Shown piece after piece: positions 1 to 14,864 of a DNA stretch of 64,000 bases. Origin of the DNA: Octopus vulgaris (Eukaryota); assembly GCA_951406725.2 (NCBI GenBank), contig OX597815.1:14136001-14200000 (forward strand), read 5' to 3'. Below the pieces are notes generated by a model. The model was not told the DNA's origin. It saw only the letters and a program-made list of their open reading frames with translations, and did no database searches. Position numbers and translations under genes: made by a program. How positions within the stretch are numbered: position 1 is the first letter of the stretch; every line of letters starts with the position of its first letter.

Positions 1-1039
1 TCGATAGGAGAAATACACATGAAGACAGATAACACCTAATTTACACATCTCGTTCGTCTGATTAATATTTCATGCACGGTCTTTTTAACTACGGTTGAGA
101 GTGACGGCTGTCCACAAATTTTCATTGCTTAATTTAGGAGAATAATTAATCTGTATACATATTAAATGGACCAGGAAATGAATGTTTCAGAGACAATATA
201 CTGCATTTTATCTAGTGTACATATGTGAATAGTATCTAGTATCATTCGCTTAAGGTATTGGCTGGTATATTTTGACGGACGGACAGAAGTAACATCTATT
301 TTAATAGAACAGTTTCCAGAAAGGAACGCACCACAATAGTAAAAACAATAGGTGTATTTTATGTATAGCAGAGACATATAAAAGGCTGACTCATGTATAT
401 AACATTTTAAACACATAATACGTGATATTCTTTATATATTAACATAGAAGGAAACTTAGCCTTTCATTTTCTAAACATACATTTGTAGAATCCCTTTAAG
501 ATACAAACAGGGTAATTAAAACAGTATTATAAACAAGGAAACTACGAAGAAATCTACCTTGCCTTTTAACAATATATTTAAATCAATTCTCCTGAAAACT
601 CAAGGAAATCTAGTGCCATATTTTAAGCACTTGCATTACCCGACGAACTATAGAAGTCGCATGACCTGAGACGACATTAAAATCTTAAACGTGAAAAAAC
701 TTGCGGTAACGCCGTTATTATATTTTTACAAATTTCAATTGAACGAATACGAGTAACTCAAGTGAACGAACACGGGAAATAATAACGCTGCAGAACGACA
801 GCCGTATATGAATAGATATGTAAATAGTTTTGCTTCCTGCTCCAGAATGCATTTTATATATTTACTATCATAATGGTGTTGTCAAAAATGCCGGCATTTT
901 TATTAATGATAGAAAATAGCACACCAAAGCAATGAGAAAAGCTTGATAAATTTCTTATCTAAAATTTTTCACTAGTTTTCAATAATTCTTAAATGTGAAA
1001 CTGCCATCTAACTGCCAAATAGTAATCGGTGTCACAATG

Positions 1040-1127
<88 letters not shown>

Positions 1128-1216
1128 GTATATATATATATATGTGTACATACTTACAAATATACATATGCATATGTGGGACATCATGTGCCCACGTATG
1201 CTTATGTATATACGTA

Positions 1217-2430
1217 ACTTAGAATAGCTTAGAAAGGTCTTGGCCAGTATTGGCCCAGGTCATGTCTAACTTAATAGCACCACCTGGCGAAGTCTTTCAA
1301 TTCAGGATTTGGGAACCAAGGCCCATTCGAGAAGAGAGTTATTGTTTGCAGCGACATATCCGGGTGTGGGTGGTTTGTCCGGGACTGCTTGAAGTAATGT
1401 GCCCAAAGACTTCTTGAATTTTGTGTGGTCAGTTTCTGTTTTGACGTGTCCTGGTGTAATGTTGAAGAGAGCGGGGCCAACAGAGGTGAAATAATTGTGC
1501 CGTATTGTTGTGACGAGATGCGATTTAGATTTTTGTTGTGGACGGATGGCACGGGGTCCAAGTCTTGTTTGTATTTTGAAGGACGAATGGCTTTGAAATT
1601 TTTCACTTTCACCTCGGCTTCCAAGTGGAGGTTACTGAGATGGGTATACTGAAGACGAAGAAAGGGATGTGATTTGGATGGGCATCAACCCAGTCCTCCA
1701 GGAATTTTATCTTCCATTTTTGAGTATTGGTGGAAGGGCTGATGCCTTGGGCGTTAAGCAAAAATGTTGAAGCGAGAGTGGATGGTTTTAATTTTTTGGT
1801 GTTTTGTTTATTTGTTTTTGTTTTTTAATGGCATCTGCAGTGGGGTGATAGTGGTGGATGGTGGTGGGTGATAGCTCGGATGTTTTTTTTTTTCCATTTC
1901 TTTTGCTAGATTCATAATAGCTAAGAAATAGGAAGAAGTTTCCTGTCTAGGGAACTGTAGGTGACTGTGTTTATGGTTATTTTTATATGAATGGTTATTT
2001 CTATATGAGTCACAGCATCTTTTGCTTTTGTTTTTATTTTTATTATCATTTGTCCAACGAGTCCCCGGGAGATGGGTAAAGGGACAATCCCTGTGCAAAC
2101 ACCTTTGGGATTCCTTGTTTGAGATATCGGTGGTTGTGGTGGTGTTGTAATAGAGTATGTATTATGGTGGTGGCTGTTGTAGTTTGTGGGGCTAGAGCGT
2201 TTTGTCCCAGGTAAATGGGTGAATTTGCAGTCTCTATCAGTGCATAATCTATAGCGGAGAGAATAGCGGCAGATGGGGTTTCGAGGTTTCGAGTGGGTGT
2301 GTAGATGCGTGTGTGAGTTGTGGGAGGTGTTGATGATAGTTTGTTGAGGTTTTGGCAACCTTTGTGACGTATGGGAGGTAGAGTACTTGAACAAGTAGTA
2401 GGAGGTAGATTGCTTGAGGTAGCAGTAGTG

Positions 2431-2509
<79 letters not shown>

Positions 2510-3000
2510 GCAGAAGAGTTGTTGACAGTGATGATGATTGAGGTGGATTCCATGAGATAGCGGTTGACAAAGCTATTTTTGGATTGATAGTGACACTAGT
2601 AGCAGTAGGCAGAGGAGATGATGTTGACAGTGATGATGATTGAGCTACTGGGGCAGTGAAAGGAAGGGATGATGCTTCCTGCTGTGAGACCCTGGTGACT
2701 GGGGGGGGTCAATCGTTTCGTTTAACAAATCGGCCATTGCAGATGAATCAAGGAGTGGTCCATACTGTTGTTGTTGTTGATGCTGCTGAAATTGTTGTTG
2801 TTGTTGCTGCTGCTGCTGCTGCTGCGCCGGTGATGCGTTCGAAGATAAAACACATCTCAGTTTATCCAAGTGTTTATTGAAAATTTAAAAGCAGCTTCGA
2901 TTTGCTTTAATTTATTTTGAATCTGCTGTTCAGATCGAGTTTTCAAAAGGTGAACTGTCCGTTTAGCAATTTCGTTCAGACACGAAGTTCCTATGTTTTC
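1217..3000 (-). mobile_element. Internally deleted CR1/L2-group LINE: ORF1-like region (polyQ, polyT, CCCH zinc finger) + start of APE endonuclease joined to ORF2 C-terminus and 3' tail
   Basis: Minus-strand translation gives CRYSLRYRLCTDRDCKFTH (C-x8-C-x4-C-x3-H) at ~2220-2275, APE-like LLNAQGISPS..KWKIKFL..HLEAEVKVKNFKAIR at 1584-1770, then directly GPALFNI..VPDKPPTPGYVAANNNSLLEW. The 3' tail gtgctattaagttagacatg..ctaag repeats match 50433-50500. 5' boundary approximate. Confidence 0.75.
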
Positions 3001-3218
3001 CATTTGGGTAAGGCAATGCCATGTGTTTATTAGATTTCATTATCAGACCAGTTGTAAGTATGTACATATACCTATGTATACAATTACCAAATTTATTGAA
3101 ATAAAGAAGCGAACGTAGAAAATGAATAACAAAAGTGTTAATAGAAATTGTTACAATAACAATTTAATTCACTACTCCTCATTTTCTGTTGTCTGATGCC
3201 ATCAGAGGTTACATCGTT

Positions 3219-3325
<107 letters not shown>

Positions 3326-3618
3326 CAAGTATGTGTGTATGTATATATATATATATATATATAATAACAAAATAATAAATAAAACAAATGCATACATATA
3401 TATATGTACATACCTATATCTATATGTATATATACGTGCATATATGGGTACAGGGCACCAAAAAAATGTAGAGCACAATGAGAAACGAAAACATAAAAAC
3501 AAAAACATGGAAACGGACATTTTTCAAACAGACCACAAGACATACAACGCAAGGAACATTCCCCTTCTTCAGCTGCCCCTGCTTCGACTACTACTATAAA
3601 TACATGTATCTGTGTATC

Positions 3619-3662
<44 letters not shown>

Positions 3663-4406
3663 CATTTGTATATATGATGTTTAGCTCTTCCAGTTGCAAG
3701 AACTTCGACTCTTGTTAACGAGCATGATACGACCGTTCTCAATAAATTCAATGAAATAAGCCTAGCTACGTATAGCAATTAAGAAGGCTGACACTGAACC
3801 AAGAGACGGAACTCTAGAATTTCTGTAAACACATTTCTAGTTGTTGCCAAACGATTCCACATGGAGAGCCCATTTAAGCTTCGCCAAATATTATCGATTT
3901 TTTAAAATAGCACTGTTCCTTATATATATATAACCCGGTTTTGTGTTGATACCTTCTACACTGTGTTCCTTCGTCTCTTCTTACTTTTGATCTTCTTTAT
4001 ATAGTATTCCTTTTGTTCTTTTGAATGAAACTTTTGACCGTTTCATACGCTACATTACATCTACTGTGGTCTTCCAAGCACTCATAATTTTAGACTTGTG
4101 TCTTGAAAAAATATTTTTGTCAATGTGTTTTCATATATTTTTTCTATGTTCCTTCAGGGTTTGCAAACTTTAATCTTAATTTTATTTTATGTCACCTTAT
4201 TTCATTTTATTGGCAGAATGCACATGTCATGTTTTTTTACCTTTTTAACCATCCTACAGCCAGGAATTTCGAGCATTTTATATAATATTTTATAAATGAT
4301 ATTTGAAGTTAGTATGTAATACATTTTAACTGTTGCGACCTTGTCGACTGATCACCAATTAGTCATCCCTTTTCTATCAAAGAAAAATTAATTTCTAATT
4401 TCAATT

Positions 4407-4484
<78 letters not shown>

Positions 4485-4486
<2 letters not shown>

Positions 4487-5022
4487 AAAAATTTCATCAG
4501 AAAATGTGGCAGCATATTAAAATACCTTTAAGGTTAAAATTATAAACAACTTATAAATAAGGGTTAAAGAAAATTATTTCTATGCCAATATGCTGATAAC
4601 AGACTTTTAAATCGTCAATTTCCACATATTATTTATTCGCTACAGAAAATACGTAGAGCTGAAATCGAAGAAAGCTAGTCAACAGGATTTTTAAAAAAAA
4701 TTCGTTATTTCTATATTGAATCAATTTCGGAATTAATCTCATAATAGATTTTTTCCTCCTCAGTAGAAAATACGAAAATAAATATATGAAATACTTACAT
4801 GCGCCCATAGAAAAAAGCCGAAGCAAAAATCATGAGTACATATAAGTACCCCAGATATATCTAAATATAAAATCCTTTGGTCAGCCTCAGCACACGTGTG
4901 AACTGTTATCCGCATATTGGCATAGAAATAATTTTCTTTAGCCCTTATTTATAAGTTGTTTATAATTCTAACCTTAAAGGTATTTTAATATGCTGCCACA
5001 TTTACTGATGAAGTATTTTTCT
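4485..5022. repeat. Inverted repeat (arms 4485-4602 / 4903-5022) abutting (TA)n, pLTR-like foldback
   Basis: ~118 bp arms are reverse complements with few mismatches; a second short IR pairs ~4880-4907 with ~5107-5133. Confidence 0.8.
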
Positions 5023-7616
5023 GTAAAAAAAACTTCATCCTTTATTAGTAGTAGACTTATTACTATTAGCTATAGGGACTGGTAACCACTATAAGCTGTT
5101 GTAGGGAACAGTTCGAACTTGTGCTGAGGTTGACAATTTTTTTTTCTATTCTACTATTGCTTATACTTATTTCTCTGTTGTTTATCAAAACAGTTAACCA
5201 ATCAAATTTAAAAACTTATATGTTGAACTGCTATCTACAAAATATTATACATACTCACAATTTATAAAATTTCATCATTTTCTGTCATCACAACTATCTG
5301 ACGAACGGCCACATGAAATTCCCAGTGAGAGTTTTGTGAAATTGTTTTGACTTTAATAATAGTGTGTGTGTGTGTGTGCATGTGTGTGTGCGTGTGTGTA
5401 GTGTGTGTGTGCGTGTGTGTGTGTTTGTGTGAGTGTGCGTTTGTGTGCGTGTGTGTATGTGTTCAGAACTGCGAACACAGACAGATAATATACGCACACT
5501 CGTATATACTCGTGTACACACTAACATGCAAATTCTTATGTGTATATATGCATGCATGTAAAGTTGTACGTGTGTATGTGAGAGAGAGAGTGCTTGTGTG
5601 TGCGTATGTGTGTGTCTGTGCGTGTGTGTGTACTTGTGTGTGCGTACTTAACATCGGCAAATGTTGACTGGGAAATTTCTACTGTCTCCAAACTCGATTT
5701 CGTCGTTAGAGCAAATTCTGAAGCGAAATAATAATGCTTGATTAAATAAAGGCTGATTTCTAGATTTCTAGCCTGAAATATAACGAAATATTGCTTATGA
5801 AATTAGACAGTAAACAGCGGAAACGACGATATTATTAGATCCTTTTGATCTACAAAGAACGTCGAAAGAGATTTAGAAAATTCACTTGAAAAAACGTTTA
5901 GTTTATTCATACATTTTAGATTTAGTTTTATAGTTATCGCACTTCGATTTCTCCGGCTTGAAATCAAGTCGAAATTAGGCGAGAGTCAAGACAAGATTAG
6001 ATGCAAGACAAAACTAGAGAAAATTACGAAAGTGAAAGTGAAAATGAAAACAAACAATGGGTATAACTAGGAAGCAGAAGAATTATTTTGATTATAGTAA
6101 CCAGAATTGAATTATTTTGGATTTGGTTCGAGTACAGTGGCGCAGACGAATCTGAGCGATTTCAAGTGAGCGTTTGTTTAATGATATCACTGAACTTCTT
6201 AACAAAGAGTTGTGTTATTCGATGTCTATCAATACTAATGAATGTATTCGCCGAAGTGTGTTTCTTTGTTGATGGCAAATTTCTTTTCTACTGTTACTTT
6301 TGGAAATGTAGCATGGACATGTGAGAGAATTGTTGAAAAATCTGTCAGAGTGTAACGAATCGTAAAAGTCAGTTAATGATCCTGTTAAGACACTTTTCTG
6401 CGGCAACACTACGTATCTTCTTCTGCACTCTAATCATCTTTGTCATTAACAAGTAGCGAATTTTAGTGAGAACTGTATATTCAATGTCCATTGTTACACA
6501 GCCCGTACAAATTAGTTCAAAACGAAAAACCACTTTAGAATCCATTCAAGTAGAAACCACAAATTCACAAATGCTGCAATAACAAGCAAGGACTTCACTA
6601 TTTTTATTTAAGAATCGAAGGTTCATGTCCTGTTTCTGTCACTGAGCGCTGGTTTATCATTTCCTCTGCCATTATAAGTAGGTTCGATACGGATATTCAT
6701 GCTTCTTTGAAAGCAAAAAAATGGCACGTGCCAAGATAACGTCTCAGTTGAATCAATAATCGCCATTAATCACTAAATAAATTATAGTCAGGTATTTTGG
6801 CTACTGATTTTAGGTATCCAGCTGTTTTGAGTTCCAATTTGTTTCATAGCGTAACGTTAAGACCCATATGCATCAGACGCAGATAGACCATCTTCTTAAG
6901 TCAGTAAGACCCTAAATCAATGAGGAAGCTTCAACATGGTTTCTTAAACATCAGAAAACAGTTATACAATTCTAACTCATATCATAGACTCTGGGATCGT
7001 CAATGTGGAAAGGAGTTTAGGACAAAATAGTACTGAATACACCATAGCCGAAAGCAAAACGTGATATTCAAAACTGGAATGTTTGCGATCGATAGTCTGT
7101 TCGGTTAGGGTTAACTTGAAGTTATACAATGTAAACATCAAACATGGTGGTAAAGCATATAAATAGCATTCTTGCGTATATTACAGCAAGCTTCAACTCA
7201 TATTTCCCTTATCATTGTATCGGCAATAATATGTGAAACATTACTACGCCCGCTTACATTATGTGTGTGTTATGTGTTGGCCAACGTTGAATTCATATGT
7301 TCTGTAGCCAAATAATAAATTTGCCGACTTCGATGCTTCGATCTTTGCCCGTTTAAGTATCCACAAGGGAATATATATATATATCCCTATCACAAAGAAC
7401 TCCGTAGAAATGACATTTAAAATCTCGGTTATTCAGTAATTGTTTGGCATCACTGAGTTGATAAAATTGCTTCGTATAAATCCGTTATGTAATAGTGAAA
7501 AATACTTACATTTATCATTTTGTTTGATTCTTTTTGATAGAGAATAATGCCCAAGGTACAAAATCATATTAACCTTCATAGGATGCAAAAATTATATTTA
7601 CATACACTCAGACACT

Positions 7617-7710
<94 letters not shown>

Positions 7711-8965
7711 TATATATATAAAAGAGAGAGAGAGAGGTACATACATATATAGAAACATAGATAGATCGATACATACATACATACATATACATACACGCAT
7801 ACATACATACATACATGCATACATCCATACATCCATACATACACGCATACATACATACATGCAAACATACATACATACATACATACATACATACATACAT
7901 GCATACATACATGCATACATACATACATACATACGTACATACGTACATACATACATTGATTTTAAATGAAAGACATACAAAGAAACCAGCCCGATTTGGG
8001 AACTAAAAGTTAAAAATATATCAGAATATTACAACTGAACTAAAATTTATCGGAAAAATATATTTGAAATAAGTACAAAGTTTGTTGGTATGGATACGTT
8101 GGGCGTTTTATCGTGAATAACATGTCTGGGTTGAGAAAACAAATTAGGTTTTTGATAATGTGTTTAGAAAACTATTTAAATGATATGAGTTGTTGGTGAA
8201 TTAGTGATATTCATATTGGTGATTAGAGATATTCATAGAAAAACTTACAGGACGTAAGCTAAGCGCAAGCAATTGCAGAGGTCATATATATCTAACAATA
8301 TTTCTATCACATGGCCACAAATAGGTTTGGAATAAAGTACTACTGGAAGATCAATAACCTCAATTCATACTTTAGACAGTTCAACATATTAATATATTTG
8401 ATTCAACATTAATTCTTTAATGAAACACCACTCCAAGCTATAAGCAAAGTGGAATAAGCGTCATTCAGGTACAGTCGAATGTGAAGAGGAGATGGACGTC
8501 AGGAAAGAAATTAGATTTGCTATCTGAGGAAATAGCATCGAAAAATGAGGAATAAATGGGCAAGATATTATATTCAGCATCTTTTGATAACATTCCTTGC
8601 GAATTATATCTGAAAAAAAGATTATGAGTACCATTAAGCTAAGAAACTATAACTTATAAATGGCGTATGACTTGTAGCATCGAGAGGAAGGATATTTTTA
8701 GAACGTTTTACATATAGCCAAGTAAAAGAGCTAGAGAATTTCATAGCACACTGAGGTATGAATACAAGAAGTGGATTGCGAATGACTATGCAAATTATTA
8801 CCATTAGGAAAGTATAAAAGCCATTTCTTCATGAATTTTCCAGTTAATAGAAAATACGAACTGAAGTAAAATAAGAAGAGGGGTTAGTGTATCTCTGGTA
8901 ATTTCACAGACAAACATTAGACTGCTGTATATACATATGTGTATACATATCTATCTATCTGTCTG

Positions 8966-9025
<60 letters not shown>

Positions 9026-9031
9026 GATCTC

Positions 9032-9084
<53 letters not shown>

Positions 9085-9129
9085 ACGTGTGTGTGTGTGT
9101 GTGTGCTTGTGTATCTGCGTGTGTTGAAC

Positions 9130-9305
9130 TTAGCACATTTTTTTTCATTCTCTCTCTGTTCATTTCCTCTTATTCCTTTCAGTCGAAGGGCGTAGGGTTG
9201 AAACGTAAAAGACATCAATTTTCCCAAGTACCAAACTAAAACACTTGCTTGTTGTACCTACACCTGTCTTTGTCATTATTTTTCTATAACTTCGAATTAT
9301 ATAAA
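9130..9305 (+). mobile_element. Short HHR-bearing non-autonomous element (decayed sibling of the 34040-34230 copy)
   Basis: cttt-CAGTCGA-agggcgtagggtt-GAAACGTA-aaag at 9176-9211; downstream sequence (ttgtacc..cacctgtctt..gtc) is homologous to ~34170-34230. Confidence 0.6.
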
Positions 9306-9664
9306 TATATATATCTTAATAATACTAAAACTCTAGAGATGTTTGTGTGTACCCGAAGTATCTCAGAAATAGTATATTTTATCTCAATGTTTTGTTTTTT
9401 TTTGCAGTGCAGTGAAGTACAGATTTTTGTGATATTCGGACCTCTATCTATTAATGAAAACGAACAAACACCATGGTTTCCGTGTCGTCAACACACATAC
9501 ACACATACTGAATACACACACATATAATGAATGTCATGGCATGTCAATCTACACAAGCACACGTCCGCGATCTGTGACATATACACAAACACAGTCTTCG
9601 CGCTGTCTAAGAAACAAATATCGACTTTTTGACGTACACAGTGAATTGTGAGAATATTTGGGCC

Positions 9665-9990
9665 TCAGCGCAGCCACGAACAGCTTCGCATATTTGGGGC
9701 CCATTTTCATTCTCATATCCATTCCCGATACCTGTTGATAAAACCCTCGCACGAACGAGAAGCAGTTGAGGGAGAGGACAACTTCGGCTGAACGAAGAAA
9801 TATGGAGTTGTCAGGTTGACGGTCAAGCCGAAATTATAGAAAGTGTTGAAGCGCAAGAAGTCCTTCGTTGAGTGGGACCACTGTATATAAACTTTTGATA
9901 TCAAGTGTGAAGAAAATTTGAGAACGGGCAGGAGGGAGAAGAAAGAGTGAAACAGGAGGAAAATATGGTTGGTGTCGTAGATGTGGGCGG
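9665..9990 (-). mobile_element. Penelope-like element reverse transcriptase fragment (frameshifted)
   Basis: FFTLDIKSLYTVVPLNEGLLALQHFL and FYQQVSGMDMRMKMGPKYAKLFV match PLE RT motifs (D-x-x-SLYT; YxQxxGxxMGxxxxPxxAxLF). Confidence 0.8.
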
Positions 9991-10038
9991 GATATATGTA
10001 TGTATATATATATATATATATATATACGCACACACACA

Positions 10039-10116
<78 letters not shown>

Positions 10117-10214
10117 GTCATTTTAACTGCGGCTATGCTAGAGCAAAGCCGCAAATGGTTTTTAGACGAAGCGATCGACATGGGGAATTATTGTATATAA
10201 ACCTCACATTGGTG

Positions 10215-10442
10215 GTCAAGCGATGGTTGAGATGACAAACACAGACCCAAAGACAGTCATAAATATATACTTATATACATACGACGGGTTTCTTTTAGTT
10301 TCATTCTATCAATTCAACCCATAGGACTGGTCGGCCCCAGGCTATAGAAGAACACGCTTGCCCAAGTTGTCACGCAGTGAGACTGAACCCGGTACCATGT
10401 GGCTGGAAAGCAAACTCGTTACCACACGCCGGTGCCTGCACC
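10215..10442 (-). mobile_element. tRNA-derived SINE with CORE-like cttgggcaag segment
   Basis: Minus strand gtggtaacgag..gggttcagtctcactgcgtgacaacttgggcaag; homologous to 31100-31336 and 52955-53105. Confidence 0.7.
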
Positions 10443-10565
10443 TATATATACATACGTACATAAAAATTCCAGTTCACAGACACATCCATCCATCCATACA
10501 TACATACATACGTACCTACGTACATACATACATACATACATACATGCATAAATATATACATACAT

Positions 10566-10642
<77 letters not shown>

Positions 10643-10651
10643 CATACAGAC

Positions 10652-10749
<98 letters not shown>

Positions 10750-12209
10750 GTAGATAGATAGAAGAATATGTCCATATATATGAATCTGTGTACAAGTAAG
10801 CGTATACACATTGAAATTTGTGCAGAGCGCAATATATATGAAGTTTCTCTCTGATGTTATAGACTATAATGGAAGCCACAATTCTGAAAATTATATTAAT
10901 GATTTAATTCATCTTTAATTCTGACCAAAATATAGATCCCCGTAAAAAGAGAGAATTGCCAGAGATAAAATCTTCCCTTCACTTTGTGGTTATAACTTCT
11001 TTTTACAAGGCACGATCATACCATCATCAATTATTTTTGTGGTGGCGATGTTTATTGTATTGCCATTGTTCTTTTTGTTGTTACCTACGTCTATTTTCTT
11101 GATTATGCCGACAACGGCGGTTGGGTAATTTTCGTTATTGGCTTTGTTGCAACTAACCGCAAGAGTGTTCTTTTATAATGGTGACGGGTTTTTTTCTACA
11201 GTTGTTATTGAAAACTCATGTCATCAGAGATGATGAAGATAATGTTAGTGGCGTATTTGCTGATTTTTTTATACGAAATGAGGATGCTATCTATGGTGAG
11301 GCAGAGCTCATTTTCCTTTCCTTTCCACAAATATATTTCATTCCATCTCATTATATTCTCTTCTTGTCATATGACGTCATTTGGCATTTATTTAAAGATT
11401 CCAAAACCAAAACTGCAAAGAATCGCTAGAAATTTATACCCTTGATGACACATATCAGAGTAAAACATATTTTAACATAAAAAACAACAAAACTAGTAGA
11501 ATCAGCATTGTGGAAAATCTTGCAAAATGATCATCACAAAATCAATCAACCTGGAACAATGGAGAAATCTCTTTACGATACAAGTAAAGAAATAAGAACG
11601 AAAAATAATTGCCGAATTTAACACGGTCTCCAATGAAATTATTTTCGCAGCTGCACACCAGAATATCAATATTGTAAACAGGCTAATTTACTGAATATAT
11701 ATAAGGGACCTGGGTTTGATGTTATTAGATTAAGTCGCTCTTCGCTGAAGGCATCTAATAAAGGATAGAAGGAGAATTGACACAATATAAAATCCAATAA
11801 AAACGGAGATACTTCATTAGCTGGTCAGAAGCAAGGATGAATCATTCAAGAAACAACTATATTATATCAATCAAGGCAATGCAATATTTAGATAAGGGGA
11901 AAAGGTTCTTGGAAGATGCAGAAAAGGTGAAATACCTTATACCAGTAAAGACAGGTACATATATCGCATCAAAATCTTACGAGCGTTTATCTATATGAGT
12001 ATCACGTATTTCGTGGTGAAAATTATAAAGGAGATTATACATTGAAATATACAAGCCATCTTAGTCACAGACTACATCCTCAGTATAATTTGGAAGTGAA
12101 CTGAATAGCAAACCATTAAGATACTACATTGTGAATGCACCATCGTAAACATGGATAGGATATAGCAACCAAGTAAACACGGAATTTATGGCCTGATATA
12201 AGTAAGGAA

Positions 12210-12283
<74 letters not shown>

Positions 12284-12428
12284 GCTCTCTCTCTCCCTCT
12301 CTCTGTCTCTCTTTATATATATATACAGCAAAAATTTAGATTCAGATGAATATGGTACTTAAGTTAAAGTTAAAGGCACCATAATTTGGTATGGTTTTAT
12401 CCATATAAATCAAATAGGCTAATTATAA

Positions 12429-12716
12429 TCAAAATAAGCAACAAGGATATCCAAAGGTAGTGTAGTACAATCGTTCCACGCTACTTCATTTCATTAAACA
12501 ACGTAAGTATTACATCAGTTTTAAAATGTAGAGCAATCTTCAGCCACATATGGAATGTTTTGAACATTGTCATATTTAATTTTTAAAAATTCCATATGTG
12601 GCTGAAGATTGCCCTACATTTTAAAACTAATGTAATACTTACATTGTTTAATGAAATGAAGTAGCGTGGAACGATTGTACTACACTACCTTTGGATATCC
12701 TTGTTGCTTATTTTGA
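12429..12716. repeat. Foldback (arms 12429-12561 / 12584-12716) with decayed HHR-like motif, abutting (TA)n
   Basis: ~133 bp arms with a few mismatches; tgtgg-CTGAAGA(12602-12608)...GGAACGATTGTA-ctaca. Confidence 0.8.
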
Positions 12717-12775
<59 letters not shown>

Positions 12776-13220
12776 GAGAGGAAAAATTATGATAAGGCAG
12801 AATTGTAAATTGAAAGTAAATTTTAATGATTTAATAAATTAAAAAAATATTATTATAAATTTTCCTCTCCTATCATTTCCCCACGTGCGGTCAACACAAC
12901 CCCAGCATTTACTGATTTATATATATATATATAGAGAGAGAGAGAGATATAATTTACAAAGGAGAGAACGAGAGAGAGAGAGACAGAGAGGAAATACGGT
13001 CGTCTTGCGTTAAAATGACAATCACACGACAGTGCACTTCACGTCTGTACTCTCAGCATAGCATCCAGGAACTAAAGCTACCTATCACATGCTCAAGTGT
13101 GCTGTTACTTCACACTCAAAGCGATTATTCGCATACGGCATTGGTTTTGGTGGGAAAAAATGAAGTTAGATACTTTTAGAACGCACATCGTATGTACATA
13201 TATGTATGTATGTATGTGTG

Positions 13221-13254
<34 letters not shown>

Positions 13255-13289
13255 TGTATGTATGTATGTCTTCTATTTTTTAATTATCA

Positions 13290-14385
13290 TAAATCTTCCA
13301 CTGAGGAGAGAGTCGGTTTCCATCAAAGAAACAAGATTCCGTCTTTCGGATGTAGTTAACACAGACAAATTCACATTTGGAAATTGAGAAAAGTCTTGCA
13401 TATTTTTACTGTTCCACTCACAGATTGCACTTGTACAATTCTCTTTCTGAAAATCTAAGTTAATCCAGATTCTCCTTTAAGCATTTATTACTAACAAAAC
13501 CTAGTGCTCTAATCATTATTGGGATGAATATGAATTCATAGTCTGGATAGAGTAGCTGGATGTTTCGAAGCAGTTGTCCACAGACATCCTCATTTTCTTT
13601 GATTTTCATAGAGATTTTTATATCTGCAGGGCAGCTGACCTCTATGATGATACATCTCCCAAAAAACAATATCCGACTTGTTATGTTTACCTTGGGGTTA
13701 CAAGAGCGTCACTGTCTTTCTTGTTCACCACGTACTCTGTAGCAATCCCCAGTTCCTGGATTGCAAAAGCATAGCTCTCAAATTGTGATGGAATGTAGTG
13801 ATCTTGTGTTCAAGAGAGACCGTGCTTCGTGTCAATTCTATTGTCTTCTTCAAGCTTCCAGGCAACATACCCATGCATAGTCCTTTTTTTGTATGCTGAG
13901 TGCTTTCCAGCCACGTCTTCTCTGAGGTAAGAGAGCCTAGCTGTTTTAGGGATGTATAGATCATCAGGAAGAGAGTGCTTCTTGAAGAGCTCACTGCCAA
14001 CCCGTACAATGTTGTTCAATTAACTTTTCAGCACTCTATTTATATATTTATTTTTGCTGCTGTAGTTAAGCAGGTTCTGAGTGATACCATACGGCATTCG
14101 AAGGCCGTTTGTACTACCTTCATTTATTCTTAGGTAGAGACTGTAAACATCATTGTTTCTGTGGAAGTTCTCATTTGTTGTCAGCATTTTGCGGGTTTAG
14201 TATCCATGGAGTGGATTTCCTCTGCAGAAAAATCAAGTATCCCAAATGTTGGGATTTGGACCGGTACTGCAAATGCATTGTGGGATATTATTTTATTGTA
14301 AGAGGAGAGTACCGACTGCCATGTTTTCCTAAGTCTGACGTAATATTCTCGGGTCACTCTATCTTTATTCATTTTGCCTTCATAT
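13290..14385 (-). mobile_element. R4/Dong-like non-LTR retrotransposon 3' fragment (RT thumb + restriction-like endonuclease)
   Basis: REYYVRLRKTWQSVLSSYNKIISHNAFAVPV; SQFESYAFAIQE; CIIIEVSCPADIKISMKIKE..IPIMIRALG; ends near (TACA)n. Confidence 0.85.
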
Positions 14386-14426
14386 ATATATCTGTGTGTG
14401 TGTAAGTATGAGTGTGTGTATGTATA

Positions 14427-14464
<38 letters not shown>

Positions 14465-14864
14465 TATGTATGTATGTGTGTGTGTCTATATATATAATGC
14501 AACGCTGAAGTACCAACTAATAGCTTGTTTAGCCTGAGGAAAATTGTTTAATTGTTTAAATAAAATCCCAAACAAAGTGGTGAAGTTTTAAAAGGTGAAA
14601 GCAAAGCAAAGGGAATATCACTAGTGGACAGAAATGTCGTATCCAAATGACATCGAACGAAAACCCTACTTCTTTTCAGCTGTATCGAAAGCTGTCACAC
14701 TCTACTGATAAAAGAAGAGTCTAGATTAAGATGTTGGTTTCTTTTTTTTTTTTTTCATTTAAAATAAGGTAGTGAAGAGTGCACTTCTGGCCCGTTAAAA
14801 TATTTATAAATATGCTGGATAGATACTTATATCCATAGATCAATATGCACCCTCCCCACCTCTC

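Noticed and set aside
5005-5040. CTGATGA as an HHR core in the 4485-5022 foldback
   Set aside because: No helix II/GAAA/helix III follows.
5700-6800. Possible hAT transposase remnant (also 16860-17260)
   Set aside because: Only faint resemblance; no diagnostic motif or TIR found by eye.
7960-8900. Possible old non-LTR RT remnants (also 11400-12050, 31860-32160)
   Set aside because: Purine-skewed and suggestive, but too decayed to assign without a profile search.
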